A DNA stretch of 64,000 nt from Octopus vulgaris. Its lineage: Eukaryota. Positions 43,124-56,072 of the stretch are shown one piece after another; the stretch's first letter is position 1, and every line of letters starts with the position of its first letter. The notes beneath the pieces are model-generated. The model saw only the letters and a list, made by a program, of their open reading frames with translations, searched no databases and was not told where the DNA came from. A program made the translations under genes and the position numbers. Location: NCBI GenBank assembly GCA_951406725.2, contig OX597818.1, positions 34,286,001 to 34,350,000 on the forward strand, given 5' to 3'.

Positions 43124-43214
43124 AGAACATACATGTGTTTCAACAACACGTCGTAATAACTTCATCACTGTGTAGATATATTATGCAATCTTGCACACAC
43201 GTCATCAGTGTTCC
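43124..43214 (-). ncRNA. Putative type-I hammerhead ribozyme (PLE-type) with a long helix-II insert
   Basis: Minus strand: GGAACA-CTGATGA-[about 60 nt]-GAA-ACACATGT-A-TGTTCT; helix I GAACA/TGTTC; GUA triplet. Confidence 0.55.
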
Positions 43215-43877
43215 TGTCTATAATCCCTCTCCAGATTGACTACGCAAATTAGAAACTTTTGAGCTGACCAGTTGAAATGGTGGACACCGTGCACAATCTA
43301 TTCCCTCTTAAGTACACAGATATTCTATCTAGCTACGATCTAGATGACTCGATACAATTTATCCCATGTTCACACGGAACACGTTAGGAAAATCCAGTCG
43401 TCACTTGTCAGATTTGGGAATTATCTGAGCAAGGCTTTTCGTTGTCTACATTTTTTTTATAGAATACTCGCATGCAATTTCTGTGCTTACCCATGATTCC
43501 GCCCCAGGTACCCACTAGTACTGATTAGCAGGGCATCCCCCAAAATGATTGCTTTCCTCCAAACGGATTATCAATGGCTACTCACTAGAAGACACCACCT
43601 TCACAGCTGCTTACAACCAGGAAAACTGTCTTACGATCGAAACCAAGAAGAACGTCTGTCTCGATATTTGGATCTTTTCAGAACAGTGTTACCCTGCTTG
43701 ATCCAGACTGACCGAAAGATGTATACACCTCGTAGTTGTCGTTGTTGTCGAGAACCAGCTCAAATGACGACATGCCTGATCTCGATGATGGCGGCCATAT
43801 CAATCTTAAGAGAATGCAAGTCGTTAAGTAAGTAACATTACTTTTTGGTCAACTTCAAATATTATTCTTTTAGACAT

Positions 43878-44090
43878 GAGATGCAGCACGGAATTTTGTC
43901 AGTGAACAGGTCGCGGTCTCAAAGCGACGAAAATATTTTGACAAATTAAATTTAAATGTTGAAGCGAATCTAACGGTTTTTGTGTGTTTCTTAAATGGCT
44001 TATAAACACCTTCCACGTTGCAATTGTTTTCGTTCCAGGACACGATCTCAGATCAGGTCATTTGCTATGCAAATTTGCTACATCTCCGTA
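43878..44090 (+). repeat. ~210-bp dispersed repeat (hammerhead carrier)
   Basis: Homologous to 28005-28411 and to the fragment at 5016-5072. Confidence 0.85.
43895..43945 (+). ncRNA. Putative minimal type-I hammerhead ribozyme, G3-C8 core variant
   Basis: TTTGTCA-GTGAACA-G-GTCGC-GGTCTCAAA-GCGAC-GAA-AATATT-T-TGACAAA: 7-bp helix I, 5-bp helix II, palindromic helix III. Confidence 0.6.
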
Positions 44091-44164
44091 AATCTTTTGT
44101 TCATTTTACTGCAAATATATACGGTGTAAAATAATAATTAAAATAGTATATATTGTCCATTAAT

Positions 44165-45310
44165 GTCCCCTGTGGCTGATGACTAGCAACACGTTTGACA
44201 ATATTTGGTTCCAAATTTGATAAAAGAAGTCGTCAATCCTCATGCTGCGCAACTTCCATTTTGTTTAAATTCTTGATCAAAATTTGGTTTGCTGCGTTAA
44301 AACCCTTCAACTCCAGAGCGAAGGATGGAAACGTAACAAAATAAAAATTGGTTTTATTCTACAATGTAGGATACTTCAAACTAAGTTGCACCCATCTTTC
44401 ACACAAGCTTTGATTTTCAGAAACAATCATCGTTACTTCATCATTCTGGTCTCCTGTAAATCAATTTTTTATTCTCCTTTGCACATAAATGCATTGTTTC
44501 ACTCAGTCAGGAATCTTCAGTTTAATTAGATCATTAAATTTTCTTTCAAAATCTTTCTTGAATTGTTGTAGATAGGCACGCTCTGTCCTCAGATTATCAT
44601 TTGATTATCCACAGATTATCTACGGATTATCATTAAAGGCGGCGAGCTGGCAGAAACGTTAGCACGAAATGCGTTAGGCGAAATGCGTAGCCGTATTTCG
44701 TCTGCCGTTACGTTCTGAGTTCAAATTCCGCCGAGGTCGACTTTGCCTTTCATCCTTTCGGGGTCGATAAATTAAGTACCAGATACGCACTGGGGTCGAT
44801 ATAATCGACTTAAACCGTTTATCTCTCCTTGTTTGTCCCCTCTGTGTTTAGCCCCTTGTGGGTAGTAAAGAAATAGGTATTTCGTCTGCCGTTACGTTCT
44901 GAGTTCAAATTCCGCCGAGGTCGACTTTGCCTTTCATCCTTTCGGGGTCGATAAGTACCAGTTACGATAAGTACCAGTTACGCACTGGGGTCGATGTAAT
45001 CGACTTAACTCCTTTGTCTGTCCTTGTTTGTCCCCTGTATGTTTAGCCCCTTGTGGGCAATAAAGAAATAAGATTATCATTTGTTGGTAAATGTGAAAGT
45101 TTTCTCATTGATGGAAACTGACAGAATTCCCTTCTGCAAAGGTTTTACTTGCGCAATTCAGTTTTACTTATAAAGCTATTTATTGCCTGTATTACATAAA
45201 AATTGTTTCTGTTTTTGCAAATACAGGTTGTTGATCTTGTCGGGAATATCCTCGAAGTAATCCACTCTCCAGGAATAAAGTTTGTCTCCTGTTAGTTGGT
45301 CCTCATGATT
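44165..45310 (-). mobile_element. hAT (Buster/Charlie-like) transposase C-terminal relic, split by a SINE B dimer
   Basis: DYFEDIPDKINNLYLQ and WVQLSLKYPTL...TFPSFALELKGFNAANQIL...RLLLSNLEPNI...SHQPQG resemble the hAT dimerisation region; many stops. Confidence 0.6.
44638..45070 (+). mobile_element. SINE family B dimer
   Basis: Head-body-tail-body-tail; GATTATCATT on both sides. Confidence 0.88.
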
Positions 45311-45344
45311 TATAAGTAAAAATTCAACATTAGTTGAATATAGA

Positions 45345-45565
45345 GGCGCAGGTGTGACCAAATGAACGCAGGCGTGACCATATGGAAGCAGGGGTGGCTA
45401 TATGGGAATAAGCATTGCTGTGTAGTAAGAAGTTTGCTTCCCAACCACGTGGTTTCATATACAGTCCCACTGCGTGGAACCTTGGATGATGACAATGGTT
45501 ATGGTCTCGGGCCGACCAAAGCCTTGAGTAGATCTGGCAGACAGAAACTGAAACAAGCCTATCGA

Positions 45566-45624
<59 letters not shown>

Positions 45625-45871
45625 TGCTGTGTGTGTGTGAATGTGTGCGTGCATGTGTGTGAAACCATCGCTTGACAACCGGTGTTGGTTTCTTTACGTC
45701 GCTGTGAGTTATCGGTTCGGCAAAAGACTCCCCCATAGAATAAAAGAGATCTTTCAAAAGAAAGATATATAGAACCACATACATTGTAGAATAAAACCAA
45801 TTTTAATTTTATTACTTTATATATAGGCGTAGGAGTGGCTGTGTGGTAAGTAGCTTGCTTACGAACCACAT

Positions 45872-45873
<2 letters not shown>
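45345..45873 (+). mobile_element. Decayed SINE A followed by a second SINE A head
   Basis: Partial matches to family A. Confidence 0.65.
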
Positions 45874-45928
<55 letters not shown>

Positions 45929-45929
<1 letters not shown>

Positions 45930-46410
45930 AGTACCAGTTACGCACTGAGGTCGATATAATCGACTCAATCCGTTTGTCTGTCCTTGTTTGACATCTCTGT
46001 GTTTAGCCCCTTGTGGGTAGTAAAGAAATAGAAATAGGTATTTCGCCTGCCGCTACGTTCTGAGTTCAAATTCCGCCGAAGTCGACTTTGCCTTTCATCC
46101 TTTCGGGGTCGATAAATTAAGTACCAGTCACGCACTGGAGTCGATAAAATCGACTTAATCCCTTTGTCTGTCCTTGTTTGTCCTCTCTGTGTTTAGCCCC
46201 TTGTAGGTAGTAAAGAAATAGAAATAGGTATTTCGCCTGCCATTACGTTCTAAATTCAAATTCTGCCAAGGTTGACTTTGCCTTTCATCCTTTCGGGGTC
46301 GATAAATAAAGTACCAGTTACGCAGTGGGGTCGATGTAATCGACTTAATCTCTTTGTCTGTCCTTGTTTGTCCCCTCTATGTTTAGCCCCTTGAGGGCAA
46401 TAAAGAAATA
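45929..46410 (+). mobile_element. Headless SINE B tandem array (partial unit plus two units of about 190 bp)
   Basis: Units joined at GAAATAGAAATAG|GTATTTCG. Confidence 0.88.
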
Positions 46411-47207
46411 AGATACCAGAAAGTAAAACAACTGCAAATGCCTGTGTGTGTGTGTGTGTGTGTAAGCATTTGTATATGTTGCGGGGTTCTGCCTATTTAT
46501 GTTAATATGTCTGTTTCTTTGACTGTTTCTATGTGTACGCGCGATCATGTATAAACCGAAACCAGACAAATCACGCTATATAGGAAAAACCATGGTGTCA
46601 GATATTTGTTTGGGGTTAAACCGCTGCAGTAATGGCAGAACGATATATAGGATCAAATAGAATGCAATAGATGAAGATAAGTGAGAAAATGTCAAAGATG
46701 AGAACCACCTCCTGTACAAGGCTCATATATGATGTAAAAGGCTCCGTACCGCGCAGCGGTAAAGCAAAAGAATAGACCTCATCTAATTAGTTGTTTATTT
46801 CTATGTTAATTGCTTCTTATCTGTAACGTTTATTTTTAGGGAAGCTTTTGTGAGTGGTTCTCGTATGCATATTTACACACATGCAGCCGCACATAAATGT
46901 ATATACACACATACATACATCCAGATTGACAGACAGACAGACACATACACACAATCATATGTACGTATAATGTATATCCATGCAAAACCTACAGAGTGGG
47001 TTTAATAATTTAATACATTGCACTAGACCAATCATGCAACACACACACACACACACACACGTACAAACATACATATATGCGTGTATATATATATGCATAT
47101 TTGTATCGCCGCCGCAGTTTTTTGTCGTCGTCGTCGGCGGCGGTGGCGGCTCGTTCCTCGAATCCAAGAATTGATTCTTTTCCTCTTTGATTAAAACCCT
47201 TTCTAAC

Positions 47208-48234
47208 ATGGAAATATCCAAAGAGCATTTAAGGCACATAGAGCGCTATGAGTACAAAAAATGAAATTCTGCAGCTGAAGCGACTCAAAACATACACTCA
47301 GTTTATGGGAAAGAATACTTGAATGAAAGAACTTACAGAAGATGGTTTGCAAAATTCAGAAGTGGAGATTTCAGCTTTGAAGATGAAGATCGAACAGGAC
47401 GTCCAATTGAGTTTGATGATAAGCTCCTTGAGGCATTACTTAAAGAAAATCCTGCATTATCAGTTGAAGAATTAGCAATAAAGTTTAGTTCAAACCATAC
47501 AACTGTTCATCGTCATCTTCAATAACTTGGAATGGTTCCTAAACTTAGAAAATGGGTGCCTCATGAATTGTCCGAAAGTAATTGCAAATCCCGAGTTGAC
47601 ATCTGCTCTTCTCTCCATTCTCACGAACTCATTTCACCCTTTTTGGATAGACTTGTGACTGGTGACGAAAAATGAATCTTCTATCCAAATGTTAAACGTC
47701 GTAAACAGTGGCTTGGTAAAAAGGAAAAAAAGCTCAACCACAACTGAGAAAGGAACTTCATGGGAAAAAGGTTCTTCTCTCTGTCTGATGGGATTGCAAA
47801 GGAGTAATTCATTTTGAATTATTACCACCTAATGCAACAATGTTCAAGTCTACTGTCAGCAATTAGAGCGTTTGAACCAAGCTTTGAAGAAAAAAAGACC
47901 CGCTTTAGTGAATCGAAAAGGAGTGATGTTTCATCAGGACAATGCGCGACCCCACACTGCAAAGATCACATCACAGAAGATCGAAGAGCTTGGTTGGGAA
48001 AAAATTCCTCATCCACCTTATTCTCCCGACCTTGCTCCTTCACATTACCATTTGTTTCGTAGTTTACAGATTCATTTGGGGGACATAACTTTCGCAAGCC
48101 AGGAGGAGGTCGAAACTGACATTTCAGAGTTCTTCGCTGTGAAACCAAAAGAGTTTTACATTGATGGGATTAAAAAGCTTGTAAATAGATGGAAGGAAGT
48201 CATAGATAATCAGGGAAAGTACATTGATGATTAA
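47208..48234 (+). pseudogene. Mariner (D,D34D-type) transposase pseudogene
   Basis: WFAKFRSGDFSFEDEDRTGRP, WVPHEL, LVTGDEK, FHQDNARPHT, HPPYSPDLAPSHYHLF (third catalytic D is H); several stops and frameshifts; right TIR-like CGGACAGAATTTATGGGATGACC at about 48284-48306. Confidence 0.93.
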
Positions 48235-48577
48235 ATTTCAATTAAATATAACATTTGATCACTTGTTTTCTTTATTTAAAATTCGGACAGAATTTATGGG
48301 ATGACCTTGATATATTGGGAGGAAGTTAGTGGATGAGTGAATGTGCCTGTATATACAAAGTATGAGGGTTTAGTTCACGGGTGATCTAAACGATTAGGCA
48401 CGCTAGGTAAGTGCTGTAAAGGATTACTAAAGCTCCAAGGTTATAGCCGAGACGATAGTTATGGAGCCATTGTAGATTTCGGATATAGCGGATATATGAC
48501 TATTAAAGAGGACAACAAACGTTACGGCAGGGCAAACATTTCAAGTCATATGCAGTATTATTATTGGAAAAAATTCA

Positions 48578-48633
48578 GTCTTACAGCTGTTTCTGGGGTA
48601 TCCCAGGGTATGGGATATTTCGTCATTAGAGAC
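48578..48633 (-). ncRNA. Degenerate PLE-type hammerhead
   Basis: Minus strand: GTCT-CTAATGA-...-GAA-ACAGCTGT-A-AGAC; G5 replaced by A. Confidence 0.5.
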
Positions 48634-48949
48634 AAATAGGGAAAATGAGAAGGGATAGATTAAAGAAATGACGGCATAGACAAAAATATGTACGTGTATA
48701 TTCATATGAATACGTATATGAATACGTGTGTGTGTGTGTGCGTGTGTGAGGAAGTGACAGAAAGAGGAGAGTGGGGCAGAGTGGGGAAGAGATTTACAGT
48801 TTAGTAATAGTGTTGTTTAATAATCTAAAGGCTGGTGTGGCTAGTCGTATACTTCCGGAAACTTACAGTGGATCCGTAATTCGTTTATTGGTTCTAACTT
48901 GTCATTTCAGTATAATTCTGTTATGTGTTGTGCGTGTGGGAGGGGGTGT

Positions 48950-49392
48950 GATTGTGTGTGTTTGTGTATGCGTTGTATGTGGGGGTGTGCGCGCATTTGT
49001 ATGTGTGTGTGTGTGCATTTGTTTCTGTGATTATCTCGGCATTAGTTTTCCACTGTGTATGTGCGTGTTTGTGTGTGTATGTGTGCGCGTGTATGTATGT
49101 GTGTGCATGTGTGAGTATGTATGTATGTATGTGTGCGTGTATGTGTGTGTGTGTGAGTGTGTGTATGTGTGCGAGTGTATGTATGTGTGCGTGTCTGTGT
49201 GTGTGTGAGTGTATATATGTGTGTGTTTGTGTTTGTGTGTGTGTGTACGTGTGTGTGTGTTTGTGTGCGTGTATGTGTGTGTGCGTGTGAGTGTGTGTAT
49301 GTGTGCGTGTGTATGTATGTGTGCGTGTCTATGTGTGTGTATGTGTGTGTTTGTGTTTGTGTGTGTGTGTGTATGTACGTGTGTGTGTGTTT
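48950..49392. repeat. Degenerate (TG)n low-complexity tract
   Basis: Direct reading. Confidence 0.9.
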
Positions 49393-50764
49393 GATTCTAT
49401 TTGTGCGTTTGACCTATTAACTGCCAGATTTCAACATGTCTGATCATATTTAACTATTGTTGCTTTAATTTGTTAGAGTTTAACCTCAGGTCAACCCTGT
49501 CGGGAAAAACTTATGAGGGAAGACATTCCAGCGATGTATGTATGTGTGTGTGTGTGTGCGTGCATGTGCGTATGCGCGTACGTATGTGTACGCGCGGGTG
49601 CTTGTGCGTGCATCCATACATATTGGCTCTTTTTTATTTAATGGGTTTGTTAATTCAGGAGAATTGTAGATTATTTGGGATCCGTAACCCTTCTCATTTG
49701 GAATCGGTTACAACTGCTGATAGGCGTTTGCTTACCTTCTCTCGAAACGAAATACCTTTTCATTAAACCACAAATTCATTTTGTACCGCATTTATTAAAA
49801 CTCATACACACATATAGAATAAAAGAGATCTTTCAAAAGAAAGATATATAGAACCAGATATATTGTAGAGTAAAGCCAATTCTAATTTTATTACTTTATA
49901 TACAGGCGTAGGAGTTCCGGGCTCAGTCACACTGGGCAAGTGTCTTCTACTATACACACCCATCCACACAAATATTGTGTGGGTGTGTGTGTTGTGTCGA
50001 GAGTGTGTGCATGCGTGTGTGTGCGTGCGTGTGTGCGTGTGTGTGTGTGTGTGTATGTGTGTGTGTGTGTGTATGTGTGTGTGTGTGTGTGTGCGCGTAT
50101 AATACCTGATCCCCTTATGTGATCATTAAAAATCCTGAAGCCAAATATTTTCGTAACGTTAAAGACTCTATTGAAAAGTTTTTATTGTGTAGAGAGGTTA
50201 ATATGCCGCACATTTTCTTTTACACACACAGTGATTGTATCTGCTGATTAAAGAAACCATTATTGGGTTTCATTAGAAGATGCTTTCAGGATTTCTGTCC
50301 CTGGAAGCTATGCATGTACGAAGAGAGACGCGTATGAGGAAGATGAATGAAAATAATGAGTCCATGCATCAACCAGCATATGAGTGAATTTGCGCGTGCA
50401 TATTTGTATGTATGCCCGTGTGTGTGTGTTTGCTGATAGCCAAGCATGTAGATCCTTAATGAGCGTGTGAAACATAACCTAAAACTGGAATTACGGGCAT
50501 TTGATCGAAAGAAATTGAGCTCTGTTTCAATGAGAGTATAACTTTGAAAATTGAGGTATATTTTCGTGGCTTACAATGTTTTCGCTTCAATCTGTAGCAA
50601 AAATCTATCTTTGGTAATTGCTGGTTTATTTTGATAAATTAGCAACTTATTGCATATATAAAAGAGGATTTGTCTCTGAAACAATACTACAACGATTTTA
50701 CAGAAAAACCTAGACGGAGACATGGATATCTCGGAAAAGATACGTAATTTACATCATCAACTTT

Positions 50765-51038
50765 TTTCGCCCTTTTCAAGCCTAGCCAGGTTCATGGGCC
50801 CAGTTTCCCGGTTTCTGTGGCGTATGTGTTCCCCCCAGCTGGAAGGGACGCAAGTCCATCGCAGAGTTACTCTAGAAACAGGATGAGAGAGTGAGAGAAA
50901 GTTGTGGCGAAGGAGTACAACAGGGGTCGCTACCAGCCCTTGCCGGAGCCTCGTGGAGCTTTTAGGTGTTTTCACTCAATAAACACACACAACGCCCGGT
51001 CTGGGAATCGAAACTGCGATCCTCCGACCGCGAGTCCG
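50765..51038 (-). mobile_element. SINE family C variant (third tail), head clipped at (GATA)n
   Basis: Shares the head remainder and body with 10207; tail differs. Confidence 0.72.
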
Positions 51039-51039
51039 G

Positions 51040-51125
<86 letters not shown>

Positions 51126-51328
51126 GATCCAGAGAGGCATAATATACAAAGCACATTGTAGTGCACAAACGATTTAAACTTACAGAATGAAATATTTATC
51201 GAGGACAAAGTCCGTTGGGTACAGAATGGCTATATAAGAGGAATCCAGGTGAGTTGATATGGAGCTAATGATGCAAATAAACAAATAAACACGCTAGGGT
51301 AATATATATAAAATATACATGCATATAT

Positions 51329-51515
<187 letters not shown>

Positions 51516-51521
51516 AGAGAG

Positions 51522-51586
<65 letters not shown>

Positions 51587-52003
51587 AGAGAGAGGGGGGC
51601 TTTTTGGAGAATAAAGGGAAAACTGAAAGTATTCAAAAGATGAACGTCCATGTATGAGCAAATAGATTATTTATATTCTTACTGAACAGGGTTGTATAGA
51701 ATATAAAAGATACAGAAAACCTAAGGGCTGAGGACGTGTTATTTCAAGTCCGACAGCTGTTTCTGTGTGCTCTGAATAACATAGCACCTGTAATATTGGT
51801 AAATGGAGTGTGCAAAAAGTTTTAAAAAATATGCAACCAGTAGTGGATGAATATAAGCATTACAGTAAATCCGGCCTCTGTTTTTTTTAGGAGTTCTACC
51901 AGAAGAGAGGTGACAGTGACTTCGAAGTTTATGCTTGCTAGCTTTCATTAGACTATGTAGTCTTGAAAAAGGCATTGAATAATTTTTTCAGTTTAATGCT
52001 ACT

Positions 52004-52513
<510 letters not shown>

Positions 52514-52589
52514 AATAATTTATTTTTGTTATATAACACCGCGTAAAAATATACGCGAATAGAAATAAACAGACAGACAGACAGACAGT

Positions 52590-52663
<74 letters not shown>

Positions 52664-52665
52664 TG

Positions 52666-52902
52666 TTTCTTTATTAACCACACAGGGCTGAACACAGAGG
52701 GGACAAATTACAAAGTAGAGCTTTTCTTTTTGGGGAGAAAAAAAAAATAAAAGGGGTGTGGGTTTTCGATCAAAAGGGATCGTAAAAAAGAAATAAAAAA
52801 CAAACGATCAATAGGGATCGTGTATCACAGAAATGTCATGATGTAAAGTGTAAAGGGGGAAACAAATAAGGTTTATCCGTGGAAAGAAAAGCCTAGGGAA
52901 AA
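52666..52902 (-). mobile_element. Probable LINE 3' UTR fragment inside (GATA)n
   Basis: Terminal about 40 nt resemble the SINE B tail and match the 9101-9140 fragment; the rest is not SINE. Confidence 0.55.
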
Positions 52903-52915
52903 GATAGACAGATAT

Positions 52916-53060
<145 letters not shown>

Positions 53061-53820
53061 CAGTTACAGATAGAGCATTGTATGTTTATCGGTGTTAGAA
53101 GATAGAATCATTTATTGGCAAAATACTTCATCTGGGCGATCGCCTTGATTTTTTATTTCCCAATTCTCTGCAGACTAAATAATAATCAGAGAAACTTCAA
53201 TAAATAATCATTTCCTTACTGCAACAAGCAGCAAAGATAATTTTTTACATCTTTTGTTGCGATATTCATTGACATGTTTTTTATGATATTCCACCGGAAA
53301 TTAATAGGTTAATCTGATCTAAAAAATGACGGGAAAATAATTATATCTACCTTCAGAATAGTAATATACACCATACAGGTCTCTCTCGCTATTCCTCTTT
53401 CAACATGGTTCTCTCTCTCCCTCTCTTTCTCTCTCTCTCTCTCTATCTCTCCATATGCCTGTATGTGCGCGCGCGTTTATGTGTATGAGTGTACATGTGT
53501 ATGAGTGTACATGTGTATGCGTGCGTGTGAGTGCGTGTCTATGCATATAAATACATACACGCATATTATGTATGTATATCAACACACACATATGTACATA
53601 CACACATGTATATATATGTGTATATATATATATCATATACATGTGTGTACTTATATATATACTATATATATATATTTATATATACATGAAGGTATTTATG
53701 TATGTATGTATGTGTATATACAAATATATGCATATGTATATACATATATATGCATATGTATATACATATATATGCATGTGTATATGAGTGTGTGTATGTA
53801 AATATATGTCTGAACATATA

Positions 53821-54241
53821 CAGGAGTGGCTGTGTAGTAAGTAGCTTGCATACCACCCACATGGTTCTGGGTTCAGTCCCACTGTGTGGCACCTTGGGCA
53901 AGTGTCTACTACTACAGCCTCGGGCCGACCAAAGCCTTCTGAGTGAATTTGGTAGACGGAAACTGAAAGAAGCCCGTCGTATATATGTATATATATATAT
54001 ATGCATGTATGTATGTGTGTGTGTATATGTTTGTGTGTTTGTGTTTGTCCCCCGAACATCGCTTGACAACCGATGGTGGTGTGTTTACGTCCCCGTAACC
54101 TAACGGTTCGGCAAAAGAGACTCATAGAATAAGTACTAGGCTTACAAAGAATAAGTCCTGCGGTCGATATGCTCGACTAAAGGTGGTGCTCCAGCATGGC
54201 CACAGTCAAATGACTGAAACAAGTAAAAGAGTAAAAGAGTA
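53821..54241 (+). mobile_element. SINE family A
   Basis: Full match. Confidence 0.88.
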
Positions 54242-54298
54242 TATGTTCGTGTGTGTTTGTGTGCGTGTGTGTATGCAAATATATATCTGAGCATATGC

Positions 54299-54369
<71 letters not shown>

Positions 54370-55204
54370 CTGCGATGAGGAATCGGTTTCTGACTGAAGA
54401 ACGAAGGCTTTGAATGACCCGTCTGTCTCTTATGTTCGTCCCTTCGTGTATTTCACGTTATTTATATATGTAAAGGTTTATTCTTTATATATATATACAT
54501 ATATATATGCATATAAATATGGCTCAGAGAAAAATCATAAAATCGTTTATTTCAGTTAAGTGGAACTTATTGTTCAAATGCATGTTCAGTGTTTGGTTTT
54601 CTTTTTTTCTTTTGTCTGTACGATTAACGGCGTTCATTTGGTATAATAAACATCAGCGTGGCAATGTAGTCTTAATTACAATATGTCATGTTGAACGCGG
54701 TTTCTTCAACCCTTTGACGTGGTCATAACATTTGAATGACATAGCGGGATCATTTCGGTGTGGCGACAGCAGGAACAGTTGTTTTGTTGTTGTTGTTGTT
54801 GTTGTATAGCGTCAGGTTAGTCTGATTAAAGAGTCCTGTGACAAGCACGTAACCAACTGAATGGTAAGGTTGCACCATACAAATTTGTTTTTGTTGTTGT
54901 TGTTGTTTCAGGGGATTTTGTTTCTGATATATGTAAACATTTGTATTTTTTTTTATCTTTTATTTGTTTCAGTAATTTGACTATGGGCTCCCTGGCGCAC
55001 TGCCTTGAAGAGTGATACTTTATTCTATGAAACTTTTTCTGGCCAAGCCACTATTGTACGAGGACGTGATTCAAACAGTGGTAATATACCCAAACACAAA
55101 GGCACACACAAAAATATACACCCGTGGTATAATTCAACAAACAGAGCACGCCATCTGGTGAGAGACAAATATTGTTGTTTAAGGGTCACGATAAATGTCT
55201 CCGG

Positions 55205-55256
55205 GCGCTACTAATAGTTTCACGAGTCTGAAAATCTAAACAGGTTCTTCAGGCGC
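55205..55256 (-). ncRNA. Putative minimal hammerhead in the pLTR
   Basis: GCGC-CTGAAGA-...-GAA-ACTATTAGT-A-GCGC. Confidence 0.6.
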
Positions 55257-56020
55257 AGGCCACTCTTCGTGCTGAACTAAGAACTTTAAATATGGCTTTG
55301 GACGTGAGAAATACGAAAAAACGTGAATAAATGGTAGCATATAGAAAACGAACTCAGGAGACTTGATGTAAATGTAAATAATGCACGAAATTAAATGTAA
55401 TGTAAATTGTGTACGAAGAGTAAAAATGTATGCGAAAAATAAATATATAAAATATAAGGTAAAAATGTAAGGGTATAAATATAAGAAATGTCAGGGATAT
55501 AAAAACTTATAAAGGCCATAAAGGATAAAAAAATTAAACCTAAAATAAATACTGAAATAAACGGGGGAAAAACTATAGTAGTAAGCAATCTAACTTCCTT
55601 GGTCTTTAAATAATAAGGTCAGAGGGTGGATGTCAAATCAATCAGGGATACGTGAGATTGTCCAGTTCTTCAAAATATATTTTTACATGTGTCTGCAATC
55701 TCTGAAAATTTCAGACCTCGAGTTCAATAACGAGTTAAGGATTTTTTGATCTGAACAGTATCTGTGCTCTTTCAGCCAAGCAAAGCCTATGCTTCTTTGA
55801 TCCATTCACATAAGGTGTAGATTTTTCGATTATTTTCCATTTAATCGTATATGGCGTTCTATTATCTTTCAAAGCCCACACGTGGCTGGTTAACTTTGTG
55901 ACCTTACACTTGTCTTTATGTCCGAAGGAGACTATGTGGTTGGCATAACGTTTTTTAAAGACCTATATTGGATTATGGACGCCATATTTAAAGTTCTTAG
56001 TTCAGCACGAAGAGTAGTCT

Positions 56021-56072
56021 GCTCCTGAAGAGTGTGTTTAGATTTTAAGACACGTGAAACTATTAGTAGCGT
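56021..56072 (+). ncRNA. Putative minimal hammerhead in the inverted pLTR
   Basis: GCTC-CTGAAGA-GTGTGTTT...AGACACGT-GAA-ACTATTAGT-A-GCGT; helix II good, helix I has one mismatch. Confidence 0.55.

Noticed and set aside
45929-46410. Regularly spaced repeats as a possible CRISPR array
   Set aside because: Whole ~190-bp units repeat with no unique spacers; eukaryotic context and no cas genes
47208-48234. Possible domesticated SETMAR-like gene
   Set aside because: Multiple stops and frameshifts, catalytic D replaced, no SET domain
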